A stretch of DNA of 63,169 bases, the filler included, from Licmophora abbreviata (taxonomy: Eukaryota): the NCBI GenBank assembly GCA_900291995.1. It is 21 parts of 21 records of this genome, joined end to end, with 100 filler letters (N's around TTAATTAATTAA, not from the genome) between each part and the next. Parts side by side here need not be neighbours in the genome. Positions count along the whole stretch, not along the records: positions 23,303 to 25,291 come from OLMU01006320.1; positions 25,392 to 28,950 come from OLMU01006321.1; positions 29,051 to 31,897 come from OLMU01006322.1; positions 31,998 to 35,204 come from OLMU01006323.1; 17 more parts are not named here. One strand, given 5' to 3'. Shown piece after piece: positions 24,389 through 35,304 of the stretch. The notes under the pieces were generated by a model. It worked only from the letters and a program-made list of their open reading frames with translations. It made no database searches and was not told where the DNA came from. A program made the position numbers and the translations under genes. Every line of letters starts with the position of its first letter. The stretch's first letter is position 1.

Positions 24389-25060
24389 GTGAGCACCTCC
24401 TTGAAAGATGATGTCATGGTCAAGCTTCTGGAGATGCTGAATGCCATTGAAGCGCCCCTCTATCTTTTCAGCAAAGGTATGCAATGGGCCCAGTATACTT
24501 TCACCCTTCATGGGTACAAGTTTGAAGAACAACATCCCTCCAGGCCAGCATTTGTCCAACAGTTGAAAGAATCATTGGGTATGCTGTCCAAAAAGGCAGA
24601 GTGGGTTCCTGTTTGTCTATAACTATGATGGTGGCTTCCTTTTTTCCCGTATATGACTTTGAAACCATGCTGCTTGATCTATTCCATGATCCTCGGATTG
24701 CACCCCATTTAATCATCAAGTTTGATGACCCTCGGAAATCCATGTCATACAACCCACATTTCTATGGTGACATTCACACTGGTGACTGGCAAGGGAGCAA
24801 TGCATCACTGGGGATTTATTGGCTGGTATCATTCTGTTCATTGATCCAACTCACATCCATTGACACTGGCCATTGCACTCTGAAGCCCATTACGTTCAAT
24901 CTGGATATCATCCCTGTTAAACTTTAAGATCATGCCTTTGCATGACGGCTTGGCCTACATAAAGGATGTTAGCAATCTGCCAAGTGTAGGGAACAAGACT
25001 AATGTAAGAGGTTTGAATGTCAACAGTTTTCACAGGTTACTATACGAATCCATAAGAGGC
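24389..25060 (+). pseudogene. Decayed Plavaka/CACTA-like DNA transposase
   Basis: Pieces in different frames read KLLEMLNAIEAPLYLF..W, YDFETMLLDLFHDP, YGDIHTGDW, GIILFIDPTHI, TLKPITFNLDII and LAYI, with stops and frameshifts between them. Family call by motif recognition only. Confidence 0.55.
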
Positions 25061-25624
25061 CTTCCCTCACCACCAAGCCCACAGACACAAGGAGAGAGCA
25101 AGTATTCTGGCTGCCCTTTCCTCGTCGACAGCAGGAACTCTTGGCTACCATGATCTCTCTAAAGAAATACTCTTGACCACAATCCAGCAAGAAGAGTCTC
25201 AGTCCAATGGTGGCACAAGGCGATTGTTGTTTGATTGAGGATCAGCTCCCACCTTTTTGCTTTCAATGCATGTCCCTTTTGTTTATAAGTGNNNNNNNNN
25301 NNNNNNNNNNNNNNNNNNNNNNNNNNNNNNNNNNNTTAATTAATTAANNNNNNNNNNNNNNNNNNNNNNNNNNNNNNNNNNNNNNNNNNNNTTCGGGCAT
25401 TGTTAGGTTATTCGCGCCAGTCACGCGTGTTTGATAGCCTCGATTCTCTCGAATCGAACAGCGTAGACTTCATTTGGGTAGATTTGGATTGAGCCAGCCT
25501 GCTCTCCTCTCTTCCCGTGAGGTCGTATTTTCTGGGAACTCTTGCTTTGTGCGGTCAGAATTCACTTTCGCGCAATTTGCATACGTCTTTCCTTGACTTT
25601 CCAAGTGCCCATAAGTAATCAACT

Positions 25625-28600
25625 ATGGCCAATCGATCTCGCCGTAAGCAGACTGCTTCTTCGAAGTCCGCTGACGTTGCCGACTCATCTGAGTCCGAGT
25701 CTGAGGCCGCGCCAGTGTCTGTGCCCGGCGTCCCTGGAGGTCCGCCTGGACGTGCACCTCCCGATAAATCTCCTTCGGACAAGGAGACCATCACCGATTT
25801 GCCAACATCCGAGCCTGTCAATTCGTCGCCGGCCGATCATGTTCCGCCAACAACAGATCTGTCTCTTCTCTTTTCGCGCGATACGATCATTTTGCAACCG
25901 CATGTATCATATCCCAACGCGACCGCTGAAATTGTTCCGCTTAATCGAGTCTTCGATCGCGCCGCAGGCATTTTGCTTCCCGACGCTTTCGACACTCTGC
26001 GACTTTATGTCAGTGACGGCATCCTTTCGAATGTTGATCTTCTACCAGAACAACGTGATTTTTATCTTCAGCAGTGCATCCCGACTTCTACCAGATGCAT
26101 TTCTTTTGGTATTATTATCCCGGACCCAGCCACGAAAGATGCACGACAGATTTCTCGCTTCCGACGTTCTACTTTGGAAGCGTATCTTTGTCGGACTTGT
26201 CCTCTCGACCGATCTCGTGTCGCCAACATCGATCTCAATGTTCTTTGCGATTTTCCGTTCGAGTTGCAGTCTTTCCAGTCGAAAACTGCTGCGATGGCCT
26301 CCAAACCAGCAGTCGACTCCAAGCCCGACGGTCCTGTATCCACGGATTTTCAACCATCCGCCGACATCAAGAAGTCTCAATCATATGATGATTCTCTTCC
26401 GACCGGTCGTTGGTCGAATGTTGATACATCTGGCCTGTTCAAGAATGAGAAGACGTCGCCGACCCCTCCAGTTGTTCAACGGTCAACTCGATCTTCTACC
26501 GATCGTCGACAGGCTTCCATGAGTACTCTTGATATCAGCTCCTCTTTGTTGAAGCCCAAAGATTATTTTATTGGCTTGCTCCCTCGTGATGGCTATTCTG
26601 ACTCACGTCTGAAACACCTCACCAGTGATCTCCCGAAAATGTCTTCTGATACTCTACTCACGTCTTGGTATCGCCGTCTTGTTCCCTTACTTCTGGGAAA
26701 AGGAGTTTGGATTCCTCCATATGAATTCATTTGCAAGGAAAGCTATTATGGTTCTTCGACTATTGTCGATTATATTCCTCGAGAGTTCGTCTCGGCTTTT
26801 CCTCGCATGAGTATCAACATCGCCACCGTTCTCAACGTCTCCGACATGTTCCCATCCGGTTCACGCGAACGTTCCGTCGTCGAGCACAGCTCCGACCAGA
26901 ATGGATATGCGATGCTCTATCGAATTCTCTCTCTCCATCATCCACGTCTACGAGAGCATTATACTCGGTGCGTCATCCCCACGATGACTCTTCCTCCGAA
27001 TTATCATGCCTATGTGGGTCTGGTGACAGAATTTCTACTCGAAGAAGAACTCGACGGTCGTGTACGTTCAGACTTTCAACGTCTGGACCTTGTCTTGAGC
27101 AATTTACATCCGACTCTTCGTGGCGATATTGTTCGCAAAGTGGACACGCTTCGTCCGCCTTCGAACGATTCCTCTACGGATGCACTCCCTCTTGTCCTCC
27201 AAGTTGATATGCTCGGTTCGACACTCGAGAGTATTCATCACACTCTCCATTTGAGTCCCTCGATCTCTCGTCATCAACCTTCGACGACATCTGGTCAGCG
27301 CAATCCATACCGCTCTCGTCCATTTCAGAGCGGCGGTCGTGCTCCTGCTGCTTCCGTCCATGCTATCGATGATGACATCTCGAGCGACTTCGCCACCAGC
27401 GGTACTACTGATGATGTATCTCTTCCTGATGTTCTTCAGCTCGGACGTAAACCTTCTGGACGTTCACCGTGTAAACTTTGCCAACAATCATCTTGCGATT
27501 GTCAATCTCGCATCGGTCGCACGTGTGCTCAAGCGTTGATGACAAGTCATCCGCAACTTGCTCGCACCATTCGCGACAGTCAACCGACTACGTCTTCTCG
27601 GAAACCTGTTCCATTGCGTTCTGCTCTTCGGAATAAGCGTCCTTCAGTCGCTCAGGTAGAAGATGTTCCTCTCGATGAAGCTTCAGCCGATCTAGATGCC
27701 ACCGACATTGCTCCCGAGAATGGCGAAGTGTGTGCCATTGCTTCTGTCTCTCATGGTGGTCCTGATAATGATGCCTTTCATATCCTGGACCCCGATGGCC
27801 CTGGTCTTGTTCGATCTGTCCAAGTCCCCGCCGTCACGACAGATGGTGGCGTCGTCTTTACTGCCGATGCCCTTGCGACTGGTCTCGATATGGATTCCAA
27901 TCGCTCACCTTCTCCGTCATCAACGTCTTCGACAGCGTCCGTCCTCGGTCTCGATCTTGAAGCCGAAGTCGATACGTTGATTGTCCGTGCTCAGCTCGAT
28001 TCCAACTCCCAAGTCAATGTCACGAACGACAAAGAGCTTCTGTTCGCGTATCGCGATCTCCCGACTGGTCATCGTGCCGTTCAAGATGCAGGTCAAAACC
28101 CGCACTTTGCCGTCGGTTGGGGCTACTTGGCAATTCCTCATCATCCTACTCGAGATGGTCCGGCTGAACCGTTTTACAAGTTTCATAAAACGTTGTTCAT
28201 CCCCACCATCCCGTATACTATTCTTTCTCCGGATCGAATGGCGGATGCTGGAAATTTTACAGGCTACACTTTGCAGTCGAACAATGTTGGTCATTCCTAT
28301 TTAGCTTTACATCATCGCCTTCGTCACAGTCAGGACGAATTCTATGAATGTTGGAAGGCCGGAGACAAGATCTACACAGACCCTCTCTATCGTCCGACCG
28401 AAGATCAACGTATCTCTCCCATCCCTCGGTATTTTCTTCGCTCTATTCAAGCTTCCGATACCTCTCCTTCCCGAGGTGTCAACGCATCCATGATTGATTC
28501 TCATGCTGCTACTGTTGACACTCCCATGGTCGCACGTATCGATGCCCCTGTTCTTGGCGATTTTCCTGCCGACGAAGCGCTTGCTGATGCCGCCGACGCT

Positions 28601-28950
28601 GCTGAGCTACCTGATGATGCTGTTGTCCCTGCTCCGATCGATCCTGCTCCCGATCCTGCTGTCGACACCGATTCCGTCTCTTCTGGTCACGTTCGCCCGC
28701 CTGAACCTGAACCTCCTCCGGCTATCGACGATCCGTCTCTACAAGGACTCCCTCAAGTCTGCCATCTCAATCGAGATGCACTTCGTCTTCAATGGCACAT
28801 TCGACTTGGCCACATGTCTTGGCGTCGCCTCTCGGAAATGCATAAACTGGTTCGTGGTGTCCCCAAGATCCCGTTGGCTTCCGACATTGATCAATGTCCG
28901 ACTTGTTTAGCTGCGAAGATTCGTAAAGCTAAGAAAGGCCGCGATTCTAC
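25625..28950 (+). CDS. gag - protease - integrase zinc finger of Copia E
   Basis: Uninterrupted ORF; protease AQLDSNSQVNVT..ILSP; WHIRLGH..CPTC HHCC motif. Confidence 0.88.
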
Positions 28951-29050
28951 NNNNNNNNNNNNNNNNNNNNNNNNNNNNNNNNNNNNNNNNNNNNTTAATT
29001 AATTAANNNNNNNNNNNNNNNNNNNNNNNNNNNNNNNNNNNNNNNNNNNN

Positions 29051-31812
29051 TGACCGGTTCCGATGCTTCTCACCAAAATGGTCCCGTCGAACGTCGTCAC
29101 CAAGATGTTGGCAATGCTCTTCGTACTATGCTTGCAGGTGCGAATCTCGAGCATAAGTTCTGGCCCTATGCATTTCAACATTATGTTTTTCTTCATAATG
29201 TCTCCATCCATACAGGTCATGACGAGGTCCCCATGAAGAAATGTCGTGGCACTGATGTGAACTTGGCAAATCTTCGTGCGTTCGGTTGTCGAGCCTATGT
29301 TCTTCCTACGACTCGTCGCCCAGCTAAGCCTGTCATTCATGCAAAGCGCGGCGTCTTTCTAGGCTACACAAGTACTTTCAAGAATGTCTACTTTTACGAT
29401 CTGTCGTCTGGTCGAGTCACTACTCCCACACATGTTCGTTTTGATGAAGGCATGAATGATCTACCTGTTCTGACACCGGATGCACAATTGGTTCAGCTGG
29501 CCCAGAAACATACGCTCGCTCCGGACGTCGAACCCATTGTTGGTCTTGCCGATCTCGACGTCACTGACAGTCCCTTCACCAATCTTGTTGAAGTTGTCAC
29601 TGACATCAAATGTGATTCACCGTCTCTTGGCTTCGAAATTGGCTCTTGCGATTATATGAAACGCGGCTACGTTTCTGGCATTCTCCCTTCTTCGACTGCT
29701 TCCAGTATCCCACGTTGTCGGCCACGTTTCATCGGCGCCTACATTGCTACCATCAATGGTCAACCCGTCTTTGATCGCAGCGACATTCTCTCCGAATTGC
29801 AATCCATCCAAGCCGACCCCAATACAACAAGCCTTCGAATTGTTTTTGCCGTCGAGCCTCTTCCAACTCCTTCCGAATTAGGTCCTGAACCCCTCACCCT
29901 TGACGTCTCCCAGCTTCGTCACATCGCCGCGCTGGTCTTCTTCGACGAATCTTCTGATCTTGATTCATCTTCCGATCCTACGTCTGAGCTCACCGATGAA
30001 GAGTTTCATTTGCTTCTCCGTGCCCTCGGTCGTCAGTTTGAACCGACCACCGAAGAACAAGGTGTTGGTCGTCTCACCCGTTCGAAGCTTCGTCGTCTTA
30101 CTACATGGCCACTTTGGGAAGCCGCCGAACACAAACAACTTGACGCCCATCACAAGAGTGGCACCTTCGGTCCTCCTTGCAAGTTGCCCCGTGGTCAGTC
30201 CGTCTCCCCCACCGATCGTTCCATCCTCCTTCGTCAGCATTGGGTCTACGGTTTCAAGCAAGACGGTACCCGCTATGCTCGAGACTGCTGTGACGGTTCT
30301 AAGCGTGCTGCACCTGAACTAAGGTCTATGGCCCAGACCTATGCCTCGTGTATCGAACAACCCTGTCAGCGTTTGTTCTTTGCTCTCGCTTCTTACTTAG
30401 GCATGACCGTCCGTTTCATCGACGCTACCAACGCCTACGCCAACAGCCCGCCTCCCTCCGTCCCCTCCTACGTCAGGATCGACGATGCCTACGCCGAGTG
30501 GTATAAGTCGCGGTTTGGTGTCGACCTTGATCGATCCCTTGTCCTGCCTGTCCTCCAAGCTCTTCAAGGTCATCCAGAAGCTGGTGCTCTTTGGGAACGT
30601 CGCATCACCGGCCTTCTCACTGATTTGCACTTCACGTCAACGACGCACGAAAAGAACATCTATCGTGCCGACATTGACGGCCAACCGGTCCTCCTCTGTC
30701 GCCAAGTTGACGACATGGCTATTGCTTGCGTTGAGCCTACTGTCTCCGCATCCATTGTCTCTAGCCTCTCTGCCCATGTGGATCTTAGTCGTTCCGAGTT
30801 CTCGCCTCGTGCTGTCTTCAATGGCGTCGACATTGAGCAGACTCGAGAGTACATCAAACTCTCTAGTGAGTCTTACCTCCGTCGTATGCTCGAAAGCCAC
30901 GGCTGGCTTGCAGAACCTGTCCGTTCTAAGCCATTAGAGCCTCTCCCTTCCAGCATCATCACCCAGCTGGACCAAGACTACATCCCTATCTCTCCTGATG
31001 TCGATACGAAACGTCATGCCGCTGCCCAAGCCAAACTCGTCACCCAGTTCGGTTTCTCCTACCGCAGTCTATTAGGCGAACTCATCTATGCCTACGTGAC
31101 TACCCGTCTAGATATTGGTTATGCTGTGGTCAAACTCTCCCGCTACTCTGAGAACCCCTCCAAGGTTCACTACGAGAGCCTCAAGCGTGTCGCCAAGTAT
31201 CTCCGTCAGACCCTTTCTTCTGGTCTCATTTACTGGCGTCCTTCTCCCTGTGCTCACCTCTCTCCTGGTTCCGAGCCACCCTCGATCGTCGAGCCTTCCT
31301 CCGATCTCCCTCCATTCCCTTCATTGTCCGATCGGTTCCGTCTCACCGGTTTCGTCGATGCTGCTCACGCCAACGATCTCACTACTCGCCGCTCCGTCAC
31401 CGGTCTTGTCTTCACCTTAGGCGGTACTGCCATTGCGTACCGTTCCAAACTTCAGACTACCGTCGCCACGTCGAGCACCGAGGCTGAGTTCATTGCTGCC
31501 GTAGCTGCTGCCAAAACAGCCAAGTACCTTCGCTCTGTCCTCCAAGACCTCGGGTTTCCTCAATCTGGTCCCACCGTCTTGTTTGAAGACAATCAAGCTG
31601 CGATCCTCATGGCCAACGCCGGCAAGCCGACTGCCCGTAGTCGTCATATTGATATTCAACATTTCGCTCTTCAAGAATGGGTCCGTGCTGGTGCTATCGT
31701 GCTGCAGCACATCCCGGGTGTCATCAACCCGTCCGATGCTCTCACGAAAGCCCTCGGCTGGATCTTACATCATCGTCACGTTTCCCGCGTGATGGGCCAC
31801 TTTGGTGCCTGA
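29051..31812 (+). CDS. Integrase C-terminus - PDZ-like insert - RT - RNase H of Copia E
   Basis: HQNGPVER, FWPYA, LRAFGC, GVFLGY; RT ALQGHPEAGALW and RQVDD; RNase H FVDAAHA, SSTEAEF, EDNQAA and NPSDALTK. Confidence 0.92.
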
Positions 31813-31886
31813 ACTTCTTCTGTCTCCTACTTTGTGATCCCACTGTTTCTTTGTCACTGCTCATCTCATCCTTCGATTCTCGCAGC

Positions 31887-31895
31887 GGGGGAGGG
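31887..31895 (+). promoter_or_regulatory. Polypurine tract of Copia E
   Basis: GGGGGAGGG immediately followed by TG (LTR start) at the contig end, 75 bp after the pol stop. Confidence 0.75.
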
Positions 31896-32187
31896 TGNNN
31901 NNNNNNNNNNNNNNNNNNNNNNNNNNNNNNNNNNNNNNNNNTTAATTAATTAANNNNNNNNNNNNNNNNNNNNNNNNNNNNNNNNNNNNNNNNNNNNCGA
32001 CTCTGGGCCTCACACCGAGGAATTCGGAATTTTGAGAACCCCGCCAACTGTCATCACGAACGTGGTCGTTTTCGAGCTTCGACGCTCGCCGTCATGTCGA
32101 CATGAATGATGGTACTTTCATGCTCCATCTGCAAAGAATGGATGTGATGGTTATGCATGGGAAGGTCGTCGTCGACGGTGGTCTAGT

Positions 32188-33282
32188 TTGGAACGCATTC
32201 TACGTCTGGTCGGCGTCACGGACAAGACAGCAGAATTGATCTGGACAAACAACCAAGGCGAAGACTTTTCCACGACAGTCGAACAGGTGCTCAAAGAACT
32301 TCTAGCGAAACATGCACCCAACACTCCCACGACAATCTTGGACGGCAAGAGCGGCAATTCCATTCACATCGTGTATGATTCTCCTGACAACGACGAAGCG
32401 GCACAGACTAAACACACGATAATCGAAGCAGTTAAGGAACTCACTGTTTATCTTCGAGAACATCCGGCCGAGAGTGAGAAAATCAAAAGCGAGGAGACAA
32501 AGTTCATTTTCGTCCCTGGAGCCAAAAGCGCACATGTTTACCGGGAGAGAGACTTTCCAATGATGACCGGCCTGAAGAACATCTTTGGCAACCCCCAGTC
32601 GAGCGACTCGCATTCCACTCCACAGCAGCAAGAATATCAGCCCACAGACAAGTACACGAAAGTCACACCTACGCTCCCCAGGAACAACCGAAACCAAACC
32701 CTTCCCACCTCCTACGCTCAGGCAGCAGGCAGCACCACGGCAACTCCGTCGACCCTCACGACACCCGACGATCAGACGATGAAAGCCCAACTGCTGACAA
32801 GCATGAAGCAGATGCAAGATGAATCAAACGCCAAGTTAGCCCTTCTGGAAGCTAAGTTTACCAAGCTAGTGCACGAACAAACGGCAGCCAACGAAGCCAC
32901 CAATGCAACGATCCAGGAAAAACACAGCGAATGGCAGCAGGGCATTGAACACTCGTTGGCGACACAGCATATGTCCATCCAGAAGTGTTTGGACATGATG
33001 ACGACCCTCCTCGATCAACACGTATCACAGACGAAGGACTTCTCTCCAGTTCGCCCGCCCCACGGTAAGAAGGCTCGCAAAACTGCAACACCCGAGAGGA
33101 GCCACAACCGTTTCGCGCCTCTGTCCGATACCGAGGACCAAGCACACGATATGATGATGGATACCGGAGAAGATACCATGCTCGACGACGTCAGCACATA
33201 CGGAACACAACAGGATGAGGACTCTTCTTACCAAGCCGAGGGGCAGCCACCGCTAGCCGAGAGCAGCGGCGGCCACCTCTAA
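32188..33282 (+). CDS. LINE ORF1, C-terminal part (coiled-coil, low-complexity tail)
   Basis: 364-codon open frame with a heptad-rich segment (MKQMQDESNAKLALLEAKFTKLV), ending at the TAA that overlaps the ORF2 ATG. Confidence 0.65.
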   Translation: MERILRLVGVTDKTAELIWTNNQGEDFSTTVEQVLKELLAKHAPNTPTTILDGKSGNSIHIVYDSPDNDEAAQTKHTIIEAVKELTVYLREHPAESEKIKSEETKFIFVPGAKSAHVYRERDFPMMTGLKNIFGNPQSSDSHSTPQQQEYQPTDKYTKVTPTLPRNNRNQTLPTSYAQAAGSTTATPSTLTTPDDQTMKAQLLTSMKQMQDESNAKLALLEAKFTKLVHEQTAANEATNATIQEKHSEWQQGIEHSLATQHMSIQKCLDMMTTLLDQHVSQTKDFSPVRPPHGKKARKTATPERSHNRFAPLSDTEDQAHDMMMDTGEDTMLDDVSTYGTQQDEDSSYQAEGQPPLAESSGGHL

Positions 33283-35204
33283 TGCACCCGCCGAGCAGCA
33301 GAACCGACACCTTACGCAGATCCAACTTCACTCTTCCCTCAGATTTCTACCTACCTCAGTCACTTCAAGCCCGATACCACCACCCACCGATCAACACCAC
33401 AACAGATCTGCACATGCATCCAACACTATCTCCACACATTCCACAGATTCCACCAACCGAGAAGACCGTCCCACCCATCCCACAACAACACGACCCAGTC
33501 TCCGACGCATCCAAACCATCTACACGGCTCCCCTTCATCACCCCCCCACACCGACGCTCCATCCACTCACTTCATACGCCTACGACGATCCCCACCACCA
33601 CACCTACACAAGACACATACTACGGCGACCGCTTGACCCTCCAGAAGAACCCCAACCTGATACGCTTCATGGTCCAAAACGTGAACGGCCTCCGCATCCA
33701 GCAAGGCGACCGAAACGACATCAACTACGCATTTACCAGACTCCAAGAATGCGGTGCCGATATATTTGGTCTGACAGAAACTAACCTCGACTGGAAACAG
33801 CCTCTAATTCGAACCGATTATAGGAAGATTGCCAACAAAGCCTGGTCTCGTTCTCGTTCAGCACTCTCCACCAGCAAAACCACAGCTAAAGGCTCTTACT
33901 TACCAGGAGGCACTGCAGTCACGTCGACCGGCAAATGGAGTACCCGGACCATCAACTCAGGCTATGACAAGATGGGACGCTGGAGCTACCTCACCATGTT
34001 AGGGCGACGCGACCGGAAACTCACATGCATCACCGCCTATCGCCCCTGTGACCAATCCCCAGCAGGACCATCATCGCGAACAAAGTCACACCGAAAGAAA
34101 ACCAGAGGAATGACCACCGCGTACACACAACAGTATATACAACTGGCAGAGGAACGAGGCTTTGACAAACCAGACCCTAGAGAAAGCTTTGTTACGGACA
34201 TCATTGACTTCATCCAGCAGAAAGAGAAGCAACAACACGCTATCATTCTCATGGGCGATTTCAACGAAGCACTCACCCCAGGCTCTATTCAAGGAGCAAG
34301 TCGCATCATACAAGATTGTTCACTGATCAACCTATTGGAATTACGACATGAGACCACCACACCCAACACGTACATACGAGGCACACAGACAATCGATCAC
34401 ATCCTTGGCAGCCCAGAGGTAGCCGACGCGGTCGTCAATTCGGGCATGCTGGCCTTTCACGAATGTATCTTTTCGGACCATCGAGCCTTGTATATCGATC
34501 TGAATCACGAAACACTTTTTGAAGGGGCGACGAACGACCCCGTGACAGCAGGCAATCGAAAGTTAGTTTCCAGCAATCCTCGCGACGTCAAGGCTTTCCT
34601 CCAAATCGTCAGCAAGTACTGGAAAGAACATCGAATAGCCGAACGACAAGCCCAACTACGAAAAGACAGTGGACACAGTGCCAAGGAAGCCATCAAGAGC
34701 CGATACGAACAGATTGACCGCGATATTGGCCGATCAATCAAAGCAGGGGAGAATCGCATCGGTCGAAGAAGACAAGGACGATGGTGGTCACCGACACTCA
34801 TGCACGCTGCCAAACGAGTCCAATATTGGAAAATCAGAGTGAGCGAATTAAAAACCAATCAACCATGTACCCAAGCAAAACAAGCGATACGACAGGAAGT
34901 TCACATTGAAGACACAAACTCGCTCGACTGGCCCTATATAACAGCCCAACTCAAAGCAGCATGGCAAGCATGGAAAACAACGAAGTTGAACGCCGCTCAA
35001 CTAAGAGACGATCACTTGACTGAACGCGCAACGGCATTAATGGCCAAAGGCAACCTCACCTCCGCCGAGGCCGTCCAACATATACGTCGAGCAGAGCAAC
35101 GAAAAGAGGCCTTCAGACGCATAAAAAGTAGCCTCAAACCGTCCAAATCGGGGAACTTCGCGTGGTTAGAGACATATAACGAAACAACGGAACAATGGGA
35201 AACA
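33282..35204 (+). CDS. LINE ORF2 N-terminus with APE endonuclease
   Basis: QNVNGL, GLTETN, GGT, TAYRP, MGDFNE, TIDHI and SDHRAL motifs; open to the gap. Confidence 0.92.
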
Positions 35205-35304
35205 NNNNNNNNNNNNNNNNNNNNNNNNNNNNNNNNNNNNNNNNNNNNTTAATTAATTAANNNNNNNNNNNNNNNNNNNNNNNNNNNNNNNNNNNNNNNN
35301 NNNN

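Larger units (their letters stand above)
25392..31897 (+). mobile_element. Ty1/Copia LTR retrotransposon E (CoDi-I-like), internal region, single gag-pol ORF
   Basis: Domain order PR-INT-RT-RH; ends with a polypurine tract followed by TG at the contig edge. Confidence 0.92.

Noticed and set aside
25405..25421. GGTTATTCGCGCCAG as a half-tRNA PBS of Copia E
   Set aside because: It resembles the copia-type PBS and an Ile(AAU)-like arm, but there is a single instance, imperfect pairing and no visible LTR end to anchor it.
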